DNA of 63,671 nucleotides, the filler included, from Octopus bimaculoides (Eukaryota), in assembly GCF_001194135.2 (NCBI RefSeq). It is 8 parts of 6 records of this genome, joined end to end, with 100 filler letters (N's around TTAATTAATTAA, not from the genome) between each part and the next. Parts side by side here need not be neighbours in the genome. Positions count along the whole stretch, not along the records: positions 1 to 17,280 come from NC_068988.1; 7 more parts are not named here. One strand, written 5' to 3'. Under the pieces are notes generated by a model. That model was not told the origin of the DNA and ran no database searches. It worked only from the letters and a program-made list of their open reading frames with translations. Shown one piece after another: positions 1 to 13,762 of this stretch. Numbering within the stretch: position 1 is the first letter of the stretch; every line of letters begins with the position of its first letter. Made by a program: the position numbers and the translations under genes.

Positions 1-19
1 TATATATATATATACATAT

Positions 20-60
<41 letters not shown>

Positions 61-967
61 TTGTGCAGTTGGAGCTGTGTTGTAAAATTTAGTATGTTTT
101 GTATTAACTTATACATGTATAGTATAGCTATAATTAAAACTATACAAGTAATATGTATGTATATATATATATATTCTTTAGGTAATGATTGTCATTGTTC
201 ATTGATAGATGAGTAGCCGGGTAACTATATTGCGTTGAGTATGTCATTAAGGGGTACCTGCCACGTCACCTATTACAGCTAATATGGACTGTACTTCCGC
301 AGTGGTCGCTTCTTACAAGTTTGCGTATTGACTAAATTTTTTCATATTTTGTGTCTTCGGGCTTCTAAGTTTTCCTTCATTGAATTTCTAGTTCTTGTAG
401 AGTTAAATATAGAGGTTCTCGGTTTATATTATACCCTGTATTGACATTGCCTGATTTCTCGTCATAGAGACTCTAATTCTGTTAAGTGTGTTAAGATCTA
501 GTATTCTAGTTAAAGAGATTGTGAACCAGCTGAAATGGATACGCTGCCTTTCCCCCGACTCCAACGTCAACTAGTCCACGTTTAACGTCACCAGACTAGT
601 CCACGTACAATCATTGAACAATAATCTGAAAACTTATTAAAAGAAAGTAGAAAGTGAACTTCTGTCTTTTCCTCGGGAGAGGTCTGACTCTTGCCTAGCG
701 ACATCTTAGTGTACATTATTTTTATAATACAACTAACTTTATTCCGTGACTTTGTTCTGACTACTATTCTGTGAAATTATCCTCCTGGTACCAACTGCAA
801 CCAAGATATCAAGCGGAATTATTTGTTTCTCAGCTTATTTATTCGATTCTATCTCTCTAGTATCTGCAAGGTTACAAAATAATGATAATGATAATAATAG
901 TAATAATAATAATGATATTGATACTTGTATAAGGGTTTCTTGTTTATGGTGGCTTTATTACATATTT

Positions 968-1180
968 GTGCCAGCGGATGCTGAAAAGTTCTTGGCTTTA
1001 AGGGTATCGCGAAAGGCCTGGTTGGAGGCCCAAACCTTCCGAGTTTTTTTTACATGGCTTAGAAAAACTGCAATAAGTGTGTGAATCTGAGAGGAGAATA
1101 TGTTGAATAAAATCATAATTAACTGATCCTCCTGTATTTTCTTTTACTCAAAGCCAGGAACATTTCAGGGACCGCTCGTA
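968..1180 (+). mobile_element. Mariner-derived MITE
   Basis: Imperfect TIRs (cagcggatgctgaaaagttcttggcttt / aaagccaggaacatttcagggaccgctcgta). The interior retains a mariner C-terminal remnant (KCVNLRGEYVE*). Confidence 0.7.
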
Positions 1181-1483
1181 TAAAATATTTGCAGCCAAGT
1201 AGACTGTATCCTCTTTATCGCATCTAGATGATCAGCTAGATGTTCTGCAATTTTTCAATGATGCTAACTTATAGCAAAACACACTGTGCCTAACAACGTC
1301 TGCGTATTATCGAACAGTTCCACTATTTCATCATAACTATATATACATACATCTTAATCGAGTCTATTGATGACGCTTCATAAAGGCTACTTCGCTTGTT
1401 TCTCCTTCACCACTACATATCATATTCCTCTACGCAATGTATTTATTTACTCTTAGCTGACTTCTAATATCACCATGACATAC

Positions 1484-1523
<40 letters not shown>

Positions 1524-2589
1524 GAAGCTGCTTGGACTCTTTTCCTTCAACTTGCACACATAACTTGATGGACAGTACTTAAGCATGAGATTTATTTAGA
1601 AGAATCCGAACTGTATGGAGAACATATTTACAGCAAAGTCACTATATATATGCACACGAAATGTAATTACCGCAAAGTGGACTTTACAACAAGAAATTAA
1701 TGACTATTTCCATAACACATACACACACCATAGCTTTGTAAATGATACGTATTTGCAGGTAATTAGATTGGACATTCACATGATATTTTTATATAAACAG
1801 ATGGACACTTCTTAGCCATGGTAACTATTTATAGGCAGGTGTATTGGATTCCGAAGTATTAAATTTTAAGGCCATGTCTTTGGACACAACAATGGACCGG
1901 TGTGTAGTGACTTTACTACACACACACACGAGTGCATGTATGTATGTATGTATGTATGTATGTATGTATGTATGTATGCATGTATATATATATNNNNNNN
2001 NNNNNNNNNNNNNNNNNNNNNNNNNNNNNNNNNNNNNNNNNNNNNNNNNNNNNNNNNNNNNNNNNNNNNNNNNNNNNNNNNNNNNNNNNNNNNNNNNNNN
2101 NNNNNNNNNNNNNNNNNNNNNNNNNNNNNNNNNNNNNNNNNNNNNNNNNNNNNNNNNNNNNNNNNNNNNNNNNNNNNNNNNNNNNNNNNNNNNNNNNNNN
2201 NNNNNNNNNNNNNNNNNNNNNNNNNNNNNNNNNNNNNNNNNNNNNNNNNNNNNNNNNNNNNNNNNNNNNNNNNNNNNNNNNNNNNNNNNNNNNNNNNNNN
2301 NNNNNNNNNNNNNNNNNNNNNNNNNNNNNNNNNNNNNNNNNNNNNNNNNNNNNNNNNNNNNNNNNNNNNNNNNNNNNNNNNNNNNNNNNNNNNNNNNNNN
2401 NNNNNNNNNNNNNNNNNNNNNNNNNNNNNNNNNNNNNNNNNNNNNNNNNNNNNNNNNNNNNNNNNNNNNNNNNNNNNNNNNNNNNNNNNNNNNNNNNNNN
2501 NNNNNNNNNNNNNNNNNNNNNNNNNNNNNNNNNNNNNNNNNNNNAGAGATAGATAGGTAGATAGATAGATAGATAGATACATAAATAAA

Positions 2590-2820
2590 GGCAGCAAGCT
2601 GGCTGAATCGCTAGCACGCCGGGCGAAATGCTTAGCGGTATTTCGTCTGCCGTTACGTTCTGAGTTCAAATTCCGCCGAGGTCGACTTTGCCTTTCATCC
2701 TTTCGGGGTCGATAAATTAAGTACCAGCTACGCACTGGGGTCGATGTAATCGACTTAATCCCTTTGTCTGTCCTTGTTTCCCCCTTCAATGTTTAGCCCC
2801 ATACGGGCAATAAAGAAATA
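2590..2820 (+). mobile_element. tRNA-derived SINE, family A (CpG-intact copy)
   Basis: ggcagcaagctggctgaatcg...gagttcaaattcc A/B-box head and shared body. Related copies at about 10376-10588 (+), 14421-14590 (+), 25870-26050 (+), 29215-29430 (+), 29440-29680 (-), 31770-31960 (-), 42785-42860 (+) and 50330-50885 (several, -). Confidence 0.8.
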
Positions 2821-3155
2821 AGATAGATGATGATGATGCTGATAAAATATGGACATGCACTAGCCATACGCTAATCACTTACACATATGCACACACACAC
2901 ATATATATATTCACATATACACGCACAAATACGCACGCGCATACATACACATACATGTATGCATGTATGACAATAATTTAATCTGTTGCTCTTTTGAACT
3001 CTATAAAAAAACAGACACAGCCATCAATTATTAAAGACACTTTATTAAGAAAATTAGAAATTAGTTCGAACACACACGTGCCGACACGCACTCAAAGAAC
3101 GCACAAACACTCATACAAGGACACCTCGTACACACGCACGTATGCACGCATACGC

Positions 3156-3191
<36 letters not shown>

Positions 3192-3271
3192 ACTAGTAAA
3201 TAGGTATAAGTGTATTCAGGAGAGAGGCAGGATTAAAGTAGTAGTAGTAATAGTAGTAGTAGTTACAGCGA

Positions 3272-3304
<33 letters not shown>

Positions 3305-4366
3305 AAGAAGAAGAACAACACCAAGAGCGATAGCATAGTCTGAATGAGGTTATTGTTTTTAAATGTCACCAATAAACAGCAGCTTAATGTGTTTGTCTAT
3401 TTGGTAAGTAAACAAAAGGCATAGTTCATTGGAATTCTTGATTGTCGTCTATGCTTCATTGAAATCTCCCAGTCGAGGCATAACTTCTAACTATCCGGAG
3501 ATTTGTTACATTTATGCACGTGTTAAGTTTATCAGGGTTCGAACGCTCGTGCAGCAGATAATCGATATTGTTCAGATAGTCTGCGTTATTGGACTATATC
3601 TGCGCAGAAGACTCTTGTCAGTCAACGACCGATCCAGATAACTGTGAGTAATGAAATGCTAGAATCCAATAAAAGCAGTGGTAGTCTGCGATAAGAATTG
3701 TTTTGGTTCTGTTTAAAGCATTGTTCTAGTTCCTATGTTATTGGAAGAAGAAATTGCTGACATTTATAACCAGTCCTTTCAGCGGATCGAGTTATGTTTT
3801 TTTTTAAACCTCAGATCCGTACGTCTTTTTCACATCTGTGATTAAAGGCAGTCTATCTATGACCACCCTATCATCTTTTTAAACATAGTATAACAAGGAC
3901 TGCCTTAGCCAAAGTTCTCTAGATACTCAGAATTATCCAGTCTTCTCTTGATATTGTTCAAAAAGCAATACCCAATATTGTCTAGATATTCTGTTTTTCA
4001 GACGATAATGGTACATTTGACAGGTATTTAGTTGATATTTTTGCAGGTTCTTTTGGTCCCGTAAAGATTCCAACTAACTCTATGTAGATATTTCTGAATG
4101 GTGTAATTCATCACCATAAGGAAGAGCAGGACTATCATTAGTAGAACATAGAGCAGTAGCTATAGTAATAGTAATCAGAAATAAAAATAGTAGTAGTAGT
4201 AGCAACAGTAGCAGTGTTAGTAGTAGCACTAGTAGCAGCAACAACAGTAGCTGCTACAACAGCAACATCAACAACAGGAGCAATAGCATCAAAAGTAGAA
4301 TGAGCGAGAGCAGCAGTAAAAGCAGTAGTGGTAGCATTGGTGGTGGTGGTGGTGGTGTTGGTGTTG

Positions 4367-4367
<1 letters not shown>

Positions 4368-4437
<70 letters not shown>

Positions 4438-4785
4438 GCCTTTGCACTGCTTCGAACGCTCGAGATGTACTACAGTGTCAGTTATTCACTACCAGTGAAC
4501 TAAGGTAACACCTATTATTTTTCGAGCACCTTCCGGAGTATTCGAGCGGTTCCAAGCAGTGCTGTTTTCTGCAAGTGCTCCACCCTTATTGCAGACCCTA
4601 TGTGTTCCACGTACTTCTCGAGATTTTTGCTCACTGTTCCCAGGGCTCCGACAATTATTAGTACTACTGCTACCTTTTTCATCGATCACAACTGCTTAAC
4701 TTCCCAAGCTAACCTGTCACATCTGTCGAATTTTCTTTCTTCCTTATCGTATACCTTCTTGTCAGCTGGGCATGATCTAGCATAG
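4368..4785 (-). mobile_element. 3' end of an R4/Dong-clade non-LTR retrotransposon (restriction-like endonuclease domain) with (AAT)n tail
   Basis: Minus-strand CPADKKVYDKEERKFDRCDRLAWEVKQL*SMKKVAVVLIIVGALGTVSKNLEKYVEHIGSAIRVEHLQKTALLGTARILRKVLEK*, then a short 3' UTR and an (AAT)n array at 4368-4437. Confidence 0.8.
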
Positions 4786-5807
4786 TTTGTTTTCTTTCTC
4801 AATTAAGTCTATGNNNNNNNNNNNNNNNNNNNNNNNNNNNNNNNNNNNNNNNNNNNNNNNNNNNNNNNNNNNNNNNNNNNNNNNNNNNNNNNNNNNNNNN
4901 NNNNNNNNNNNNNNNNNNNNNNNNNNNNNNNNNNNNNNNNNNNNNNNNNNNNNNNNNNNNNNNNNNNNNNNNNNNNNNNNNNNNNNNNNNNNNNNNNNNN
5001 NNNNNNNNNNNNNNNNNNNNNNNNNNNNNNNNNNNNNNNNNNNNNNNNNNNNNNNNNNNNNNNNNNNNNNNNNNNNNNNNNNNNNNNNNNNNNNNNNNNN
5101 NNNNNNNNNNNNNNNNNNNNNNNNNNNNNNNNNNNNNNNNNNNNNNNNNNNNNNNNNNNNNNNNNNNNNNNNNNNNNNNNNNNNNNNNNNNNNNNNNNNN
5201 NNNNNNNNNNNNNNNNNNNNNNNNNNNNNNNNNNNNNNNNNNNNNNNNNNNNNNNNNNNNNNNNNNNNNNNNNNNNNNNNNNNNNNNNNNNNNNNNNNNN
5301 NNNNNNNNNNNNNNNNNNNNNNNNNNNNNNNNNNNNNNNNNNNNNNNNNNNNNNNNNNNNNNNNNNNNNNNNNNNNNNNNNNNNNNNNNNNNNNNNNNNN
5401 NNNNNNNNNNNNNNNNNNNNNNNNNNNNNNNNNNNNNNNNNNNNNNNNNNNNNNNNNNNNNNNNNNNNNNNNNNNNNNNNNNNNNNNNNNNNNNNNNNNN
5501 NNNNNNNNNNNNNNNNNNNNNNNNNNNNNNNNNNNNNNGAGAGAGAGAGAGAGAGAGAGAGAGTGAGAGAGAGTGAGAGAGTGAGAGAGAGAGGGAGTGA
5601 GAGAGAGAGGAAGGAAGAGAAAGACAAGGGAAGTCCCAGTGGCTAAGCCACAGGGTCTATTTGCACAGCGAGCTTGAACAAACGCAAATCAAACGTTATG
5701 TGAACTTATTCCCAATATATCCATGCACACCACGTGTCAACTTCAATTGCTTCACACAGACAAACACACAAACGCACTCACACACATACACTTATATAGG
5801 GAAATAC

Positions 5808-5838
<31 letters not shown>

Positions 5839-6253
5839 TGTGTGTGTGTTTGTGTGTGTGTTTGTGTGTGTGTTTATAAATGTACGTATATATGTATACA
5901 TAAATGCATTCTACATATACATTTATGCACACGTACAACCACCTACATATTTCTTTACATGCTCTTGCACAAACAGTTGCACATAATGACATAGATTTCC
6001 TTTTATACACATGTTTTATTTGTGCAATTGTATATTTTTGTATAGGATCCATAAAACACTGTGTTGTGTATATTTAGCTTCTTTAATTAGTGGATTAATA
6101 AAGCGTTAGAGGTTAATTTGCTCCAGTAACCGCCGTTTGTACATAGTTGATTTGATATGCTAGAAGGAAATGCATTGAAGTATCTTAAAGACGTAGCAGA
6201 GCATCATAATGACTATGAGTTAAATTACCATTTTTTGAAGCGGGGGAGGCAAT

Positions 6254-7020
6254 TACAAGGTGCATTCCAAAAGCTCTGAGACTTTCCCAGGAGTGACATT
6301 AATTAATTTCAAAGAAGTACAACAATCTAATCTCCATCAATATAGGATCCTCTGACTTCAGTGTACCTGCTGTGGCACTCCAGCCACTTCGTGAAGGCCC
6401 CATAGAAGTCCTTCAAAGTGAAGACGTCTTGGATCCTTATCACACGGCCGTCTTCCGCTTGGGAAAGAATCAAAAGTCACACAGAGCAAGGCCTGAACTG
6501 CAGGGAGATTGATGGACGGTTCTGAAGCCCATCTATGTCAAGTAATTGGTTGCCAGGATGAAACTGTGGATCAGAGCATTGTCCAGTACTGGTGCTATGA
6601 TCTTTTGCGACGAAATATCTTTCTGAACTCCCTCAAGACCTCCACAAAGTACACTTTATTTATCATCTAGTCAGAGTGAACCAAATGAATGTAGATGACT
6701 CCCTGTTATCGAAAAATAGGATCATCATGAGCTTTCCTGTAGACTTGCTTTGCCTAGCCTCTTGTATCAGTGAAAAACAGATGCTTAGCTCATATAAGTA
6801 AATCCTTAAGCAGTCTGGAGCATCTAATAAGTTTCTATATCGTTTTCGCCCAGTTAATGGAAAACCTTATTGCATAGTAAGCCTCCAAATTGTCTTCACG
6901 TCTCGGTTGCCTTCTGCAAACGAGTCTGCTATGAGAAGCAGTGTTTAGTAGGGTGTATTCTTAGTATAGTAACAGCTATCACCTTCAATCCGGAATAACA
7001 AATGTTTGTAAGTCAGCTTA
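6254..7020 (-). mobile_element. Degenerate mariner transposon (3' half with TIR)
   Basis: TIR-like tacaaggtgcattccaaaagctctgagact at 6254. Minus-strand TLKDFYGAFTKWLECHSRYTEVRGSYIDGD* resembles a mariner transposase C-terminus. The reading frame is disrupted. Confidence 0.7.
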
Positions 7021-7590
7021 TTAGATATATAATAATGATGTACTAAAATCACAATAATCCAGAGCAGTTATAACTGCATCACCTAAAAAAGGTTGAAAAC
7101 TTCTGGAATGCACCTTGTACCTATTTGTGACCGGCTGTGTGGCAGGTCTATATGATTGGTGTATGCATACACAAACAAACGCGCGCGCGCATACATACGC
7201 ACGCACACACACACACACACACACGTACGCACATACACACGCACGCACATACACACGCACGCACACACATGTATGTATATGTGTATATGTTTATATATAT
7301 ATGCACGCATGCATATATATATGTATGCCTGCATGTGGAACGTGCAGTGTATATGTATGTGTGTGTGCTTATGAATGTAGTTATACGTATATGCATACAC
7401 ACACACACACACACACACAAACACACATATGGAGAGTGAACTAGACATTCACACGTGTGAGTGTGTATGCCCAATCCAGATAAGCGGCCAACCTGTGCTT
7501 TAAATAAGCAGTGAGACGAAGTAGTGAGATATATTTATGACTCAAATAATTCCAGTTTGCCAACGGCCGACTCTCTCTCGTTCTCTCTTC

Positions 7591-7642
<52 letters not shown>

Positions 7643-9187
7643 TTCTCTCCGTCTCTTTCTCTCTATGTGGTCAATAAATGGTTGAACGCATTTATCGAAT
7701 AGTACGTCACGAGATTATCTCAGAAACGTTTATACTTGAATGAACAGGTGAGAAATACATAAAATTAATATGACCACTAATGTCAGAACGATTTAGTCTC
7801 ATCCGTTCTTGCATTCTCTCAGTGTTGCTGATCCATTCAGAACGACTTGTTTCCTGACAGAGCTCCAGCGGCGAAGAATAATCTAGAATTTAAGACACTG
7901 AATAGATAAACTGAAAATAATTATATCTGTAATGGAGAAATAGGAAATAACAGTGGAGGGGTACGATCGAATGAGCGAGGCCGTATGCTTGGACGTTTTA
8001 AGTTGAAGATAGACATTTACTATAACCATCGAAAATAAATATGCTAAAACTAATAAAATTAACCATTACTCAACAACGATTTCATTAAAGAAATTTGCTA
8101 TAAATATACTCAATGCAACATTTTTGACATGAAATACATTAGCATGTTTAGATTTGCATTCAGTATTTTAAAGAGAAAATATGGCTATTGGTCAATAATC
8201 ATGCGTGACCTGTAGTATTTTGAGAGCTCCTGTGTTGATTATTAAAAAAAGAGACAAACAACGGAAGCAAAAATTATAAAGAAAGGATTCCTTGGTATGT
8301 GATGTTTAATATTGCTTTTAGATTATTACTTTTGATGTTAGTTTACATATATGCGTATATATATATATACAGGGAGAGAGGGGGGGGGAAAGAGAGGTAG
8401 AGAGAGAGAGGACTGGACATTCACAGTTTCTGGTCATCTCAACCTCCGTTGTGCCTCTGATTTTATAGCTGACTGCGCTGAAAAGTGGGTTCAGTGCTGT
8501 ACAACATTTCATCCACTCAAAAACAAATTCATGCTTAAGAGCTTTTTGGACTCTCAGAACATTGCGTGGACTCACTCGAGCTGACTTCCATAAGGGAAAT
8601 AGCCCTGAAACTCGAGTCGCCTTTATATATTTATATTTATATATTTATATATTTGATCCTTTATATTGAACACTCAATATTTCATCTACATTCAATACTT
8701 TCTTTCATGGTGCCATCCATTTTTATTTTATTTTATTTTATTTTATTTTATATATTGTATATTATATATTGTATATTCCATATTCTATACCCCACATTGG
8801 TTCTGCAGGAATATAAATAAAACATAAAAAACAGACAGTGTTGGAACTCTTTTAAACAAAATAATATATTCCTCTATACACAATCATACAAAAAACCCAC
8901 CTTTTTTNNNNNNNNNNNNNNNNNNNNNNNNNNNNNNNNNNNNNNNNNNNNNNNNNNNNNNNNNNNNNNNNNNNNNNNNNNNNNNNNNNNNNNNNNNNNN
9001 NNNNNNNNNNNNNNNNNNNNNNNNNNNNNNNNNNNNNNNNNNNNNNNNNNNNNNNNNNNNNNNNNNNNNNNNNNNNNNNNNNNNNNNNNNNNNNNNNNNN
9101 NNNNNNNNNNNNNNNNNNNNNNNNNNNNNNNNNNNNNNNNNNNNNNNNNNNNNNNNNNNNNNNNNNNNNNNNNNNNNNNNNNNNNNN

Positions 9188-9426
9188 GACCCTTTATTTC
9201 GCGTTGCTCCAGTTCACTCAGCTGTAGAAATGAGTTGCGTCGTCACAGGTGCCAAGCAGCATCAGCCTTTACCTTTCCCTTGGATAATAATGGTGGCGTG
9301 GAGAGGGAAGGCTGGTATGCATGGGCGACTGCTAGTCTTCCATAAACAACCTTGCCCAAACTTGTGCCTGGGAAGATAACTTTCTAGGTGCAATCCCATG
9401 GTCAGTCATGACCGAAGGGGGTCTCA
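9188..9426 (+). mobile_element. SINE family E (3' part)
   Basis: Reverse-complement match to the copy at about 40150-40470 (-). Head fragments at about 19795-19900 (-) and 25640-25790 (+). Confidence 0.7.
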
Positions 9427-10769
9427 GCAACAATTCATATGTATATATATGTGTATATATATATATGAGTATACATACATACATATATACATACATATAC
9501 ACTTGCATACTCATATATACACATACATACACATAGAGAAACATGTATATATTTATGTATATATGTATTATTCATCATACCCCTTTCGTTATATAATTAC
9601 AATCGCACAGATATTGATTTTTCATGACGCAGGTTTAAGCTTAAATCTTGGGCAGTTGAAAGTATATATTTAGCTTCTCAAATAAAAGTGCTGATGAAGA
9701 TACCTGAAGTTAATATATCTAAATTATTTTCAAGATGTATATTGCATTTAGATGATTAAGAGTGAATTACAGAATACATTTGAATATTAATATTAGGACA
9801 TATTCTCTCAATCTTTCAATCTATCAGTGTTGTTGATCCATTTATAACGAATTTGTTTTTCAATACCACATCAAACTAGTTGTTGATGTCTAATAACGGC
9901 CCAGCCGTAATCGAAAAGTCTTATTATGAAATGCGTTCTAGCTGTGACAATCCTGTCTGTTTACAGCAATATAAGACGATATTAACTGTTACATCTCATT
10001 TGAAATTGCTGTGTGTGATTTGTCGGCTATTTGGTTGTTGTTTATAGCAGACTGAGCAGGTACATAAAGGCGCTCCTCGTTGACTTGTTAGTACTCTAGT
10101 GCTTAAGTATCGTGCATTTTCTAAGTATCCATAATATCTGACGATGATTCATTTCCACTGCACGTTCATAAGCAATTGCAGGCTCCTAAGTCGCTGGAAA
10201 TAGTTAGGGCTCATTACCGTTCAGAATCTCTTCCAGCTAACAGACATCCTCAACGATGTAAGGTTTTCCTCGGGAAGATTTGCCTTTTCCTTAGGGCTAG
10301 AACATACTTAAAGGCCTGCAGACATTCAAAGCGAAACTTATAACCATTTTACATATGATATATATGAATACATAAGGTGGCGAGCTGGCAGAATCGTTAA
10401 CTGGTTGAGCAAAATACTTAGTGGCACTCCACCCGTCTTAACGTTCTGAGTTCAGGTTCCACTGAGGCCGACTTCGCTTTTTACACTTCGTGTCCAATAA
10501 AATAAGTACCAGTTGAAGACTAGTGTCGATATAATCGACTTACACCTCGCCTAAAATTGTTGGCGTTGTACCGAAATTTGAAACCAATATATATGCATAC
10601 ACACGTGCTTGGATTTACATATACTACTACTACTACTACTACTACTACTACCATATATGCATGTGTCTGTGTAAATGCATGCATTACTGGCGCATAAATA
10701 CATACACACAAGCAAGCATGCATGCATATATAAATATATATATATATATATAATAGAGTTATTAATATT

Positions 10770-10987
10770 TCTAAGTCTCTCTAAAGGAGACTACGGCAGC
10801 GGTACTGGAAATTAATAGTTATCGCCAAGCCAACATGGCAGTCCCAAAATTAGGACGAAAGCTGCCGTGAATTAGCTCCAAGAAGCCATCGCCTCTAGCT
10901 AGCTATGTGACACACGAAACCTGTGTCCTTTATAACCTTCGAACAGGGGAGGTCAGCAGTTTCCCCTTGCTGGTTTGGCATCTGCAG
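10770..10987. repeat. Interspersed repeat fragment (unclassified, probably retroelement-derived)
   Basis: aacctgtgtcctttataaccttcgaacaggggaggtcagcag...ctggtttggcatctgcag is near-identical to 37634-37702. Confidence 0.7.
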
Positions 10988-11430
10988 NNNNNNNNNNNNN
11001 NNNNNNNNNNNNNNNNNNNNNNNNNNNNNNNNNNNNNNNNNNNNNNNNNNNNNNNNNNNNNNNNNNNNNNNNNNNNNNNNNNNNNNNNNNNNNNNNNNNN
11101 NNNNNNNNNNNNNNNNNNNNNNNNNNNNNNNNNNNNNNNNNNNNNNNNNNNNNNNNNNNNNNNNNNNNNNNNNNNNNNNNNNNNNNNNNNNNNNNNNNNN
11201 NNNNNNNNNNNNNNNNNNNNNNNNNNNNNNNNNNNNNNNNNNNNNNNNNNNNNNNNNNNNNNNNNNNNNNNNNNNNNNNNNNNNNNNNNNNNNNNNNNNN
11301 NNNNNNNNNNNNNNNNNNNNNNNNNNNNNNNNNNNNNNNNNNNNNNNNNNNNNNNNNNNNNNNNNNNNNNNNNNNNNNNNNNNNNNNNNNNNNNNNNNNN
11401 NNNNNNNNNNNNNNNNNNNNNNNNNNNNNN

Positions 11431-11472
<42 letters not shown>

Positions 11473-11621
11473 TATGTGTTTGTAGGTACATGTATTTCGA
11501 TAAATTAAGCTACAAGCAGAAATACTTATATGTATGTGTGTATGTGTATCTGTAAATTTATTTCTATATAAATGTATATACATACGCACACATACATAAT
11601 ACATACATACATACATACATA

Positions 11622-11699
<78 letters not shown>

Positions 11700-12228
11700 C
11701 CTGCACTCATACACGAAACAGAAACAGCCATACCAATTCTCGCCCCCCCACACACACGCATATGAATATATAACGAAAGATAAGACAGAGACAAGATACA
11801 GGAAGAGAGAGGTGGGTAGAAAGAAAAGAAAAAGAAAATGTCTAAATGATTGGTTAATGTTCATATTATGATAGATTGTATTGGTTAGCTCTGCATCCTC
11901 TTGACAAGGAAGTTCCGTTTCCAGAGAAATGCTACTAAATTCTAACTTTGCGTTAGACTCTTTCTGTGTCGAACATATTTGCATGATGCCAGAGACTGCA
12001 CTGTTTGGCAAATTGCCTGGAAGTGATCTAAGGAAATTGATTTGATGGAATGCTGGAGTTTGGTGTGGGGGCCGAGAAAAAAATCATTGAAACAAACGGA
12101 GTTTGACAAGAATGATTGAGACAGGCTGTCACCAGGAGTGTAAATTATACATTTCACTTTCCCCCTCTCTTCCTCTTTTCCTATCCCTTCTTCTCTCTCT
12201 CTCTCTCCATCTCTCTCTCTCTCGCTAT

Positions 12229-12278
<50 letters not shown>

Positions 12279-12539
12279 TCTGACTCTACACTCTTTTCTC
12301 TCTTTCTCTAACTTACACTCTTAGTCTTTCAATGATGAAAATACAAAAGAAAAAACACCAAACAAACATAAAAACAAACAAACAAAAAGCAAATCCATTT
12401 ATCAGATACAATTATTCTTTCTCAAGTCCCCACCAAATTTTGACAGCCCAAGTCCCAGTTATATATTGAGAATCGATTCAATTATCTGTAGTTAGTTACT
12501 TATAAAAATGTAGCCATATGTTTGCGGTACCATCATCAG

Positions 12540-12572
<33 letters not shown>

Positions 12573-12864
12573 CATTATTAATATATTAAGCACTGGGTTC
12601 GATGTAATCGACTTGCTCACTCCCCCCAAATTGTTGGCCTTGTGCCAAAGTTTGAAACTATGACAATAATAATTATTATTGAGTGAGAGTGAAGTGCATG
12701 CTACTGGAGTAAAATATACGAAGCCCAATATACCCATTATGACTACCCGTCTGATAAGGTTACACCAGGCACAGTCATCACAACCATATACAGTTCTATA
12801 TTTAAGAGATGAGGAATTATATATTTACATTTGACGGATATTTGTCTTCATCTTGTTTGTTGTT

Positions 12865-12910
12865 AACACAATGTTTCGGTTGACATACCCTCCAGCCTTC
12901 ATCAGGTGTC
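12865..12910 (-). ncRNA. Minimal type I hammerhead ribozyme motif of Penelope-like element (mutated copy)
   Basis: Minus strand reads GACAC-CTGATGA-AGGCTG-GAGGGTATGT-CAACC-GAAA-CATT-GTGTT. Other copies at 13898-13937 (+), 32978-33023 (-) and 45333-45377 (+) give an intact consensus core. Confidence 0.6.
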
Positions 12911-12958
12911 TTGGGGGAAATTTCGAACCTGGGTTCTCATTCCTAAGGTATTTTTCGA

Positions 12959-13040
<82 letters not shown>
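12959..13040. repeat. (TAT)n microsatellite, representative of the many (AAT)n, (CA)n, (TA)n, (GA)n, (TATG)n, (GAT)n and (TTTC)n arrays across the window
   Basis: Seen directly. Most N gaps are bordered by such arrays. Confidence 0.95.
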
Positions 13041-13044
<4 letters not shown>

Positions 13045-13762
13045 TCACAGCTTAGAATCGAACTCGGAATCTTGGAGTTAGTAGCTCTTAACCACTGCCC
13101 CATACGCCTGTGGGCAATTATGGAGTGGATTTTAGGGTTTATATATTTACTATTTTCCTATCCTTCCTTAAAACCGGTTCCCATATGCTACTCACATCTG
13201 TACTCGGTCTCCTTAGGAGGTTGTTGCGTCCTAGCATATGTGTTGCTTCTTTTAGTTTTCGTATTTTTCCAGTGGTGTTCTCTGTCTATTATTTTAACTT
13301 TATCCCACACAGTAATACAGCACTTCGCAAATATCTCTTTCGTGTAAAACCACCAATAGAAGAGAATATGACCAAAGACTGACTGTACTCCATCCCATGC
13401 AGCTGTAGTAGGTTATACAAAGGCGAAACATATCTCCCCCTCAAAATTAGGGTAGACGAACATCGCAAAGCTATGACACAAGGAGATATTGACAAATCGG
13501 GTATAGCTGATCATGTATGGAAAAATAGAGACCACCTCCCCCTGTAGGATGAAGTTAAAATAATAGACAGAGAACACCACGGGAAAATACGAAAGCTAAA
13601 AGAGGCAGCACATATGCTAGGACATAATCACCTCCTAAGCAGACCAAGTGCAGATATGAGTAGCATATGGGAACCGGTATTAAGGAAGGATAGGAAAATA
13701 GTAGATTTATAAGCTCTAAAATTCACTCCATAATTGCCCATAATTGCCCATAATTGCCCACG

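Noticed and set aside
1844-2789. Long ORFs spanning N gaps (also at 4.8, 10.9, 15.7, 23.2, 26.6, 30.7, 37, 47.4, 53, 56 and 58 kb)
   Set aside because: They are open only because N runs translate as X and are flanked by microsatellites.
3760-4000. Possible very old Penelope RT thumb fragment
   Set aside because: Only a few residues of resemblance across broken frames; not supportable by eye.
7021-7474. Stacked HT/CV/YI-repeat ORFs here and throughout the window
   Set aside because: Translations of (CA)n, (TG)n and (TA)n microsatellites, which lack stops in most frames.
10835-10870. GTCC...GGAC-GAAA hairpin as a hammerhead or HDV-like ribozyme
   Set aside because: There is no CUGANGA upstream, and I could not build the HDV P1/P2/P3 pseudoknot on either strand.
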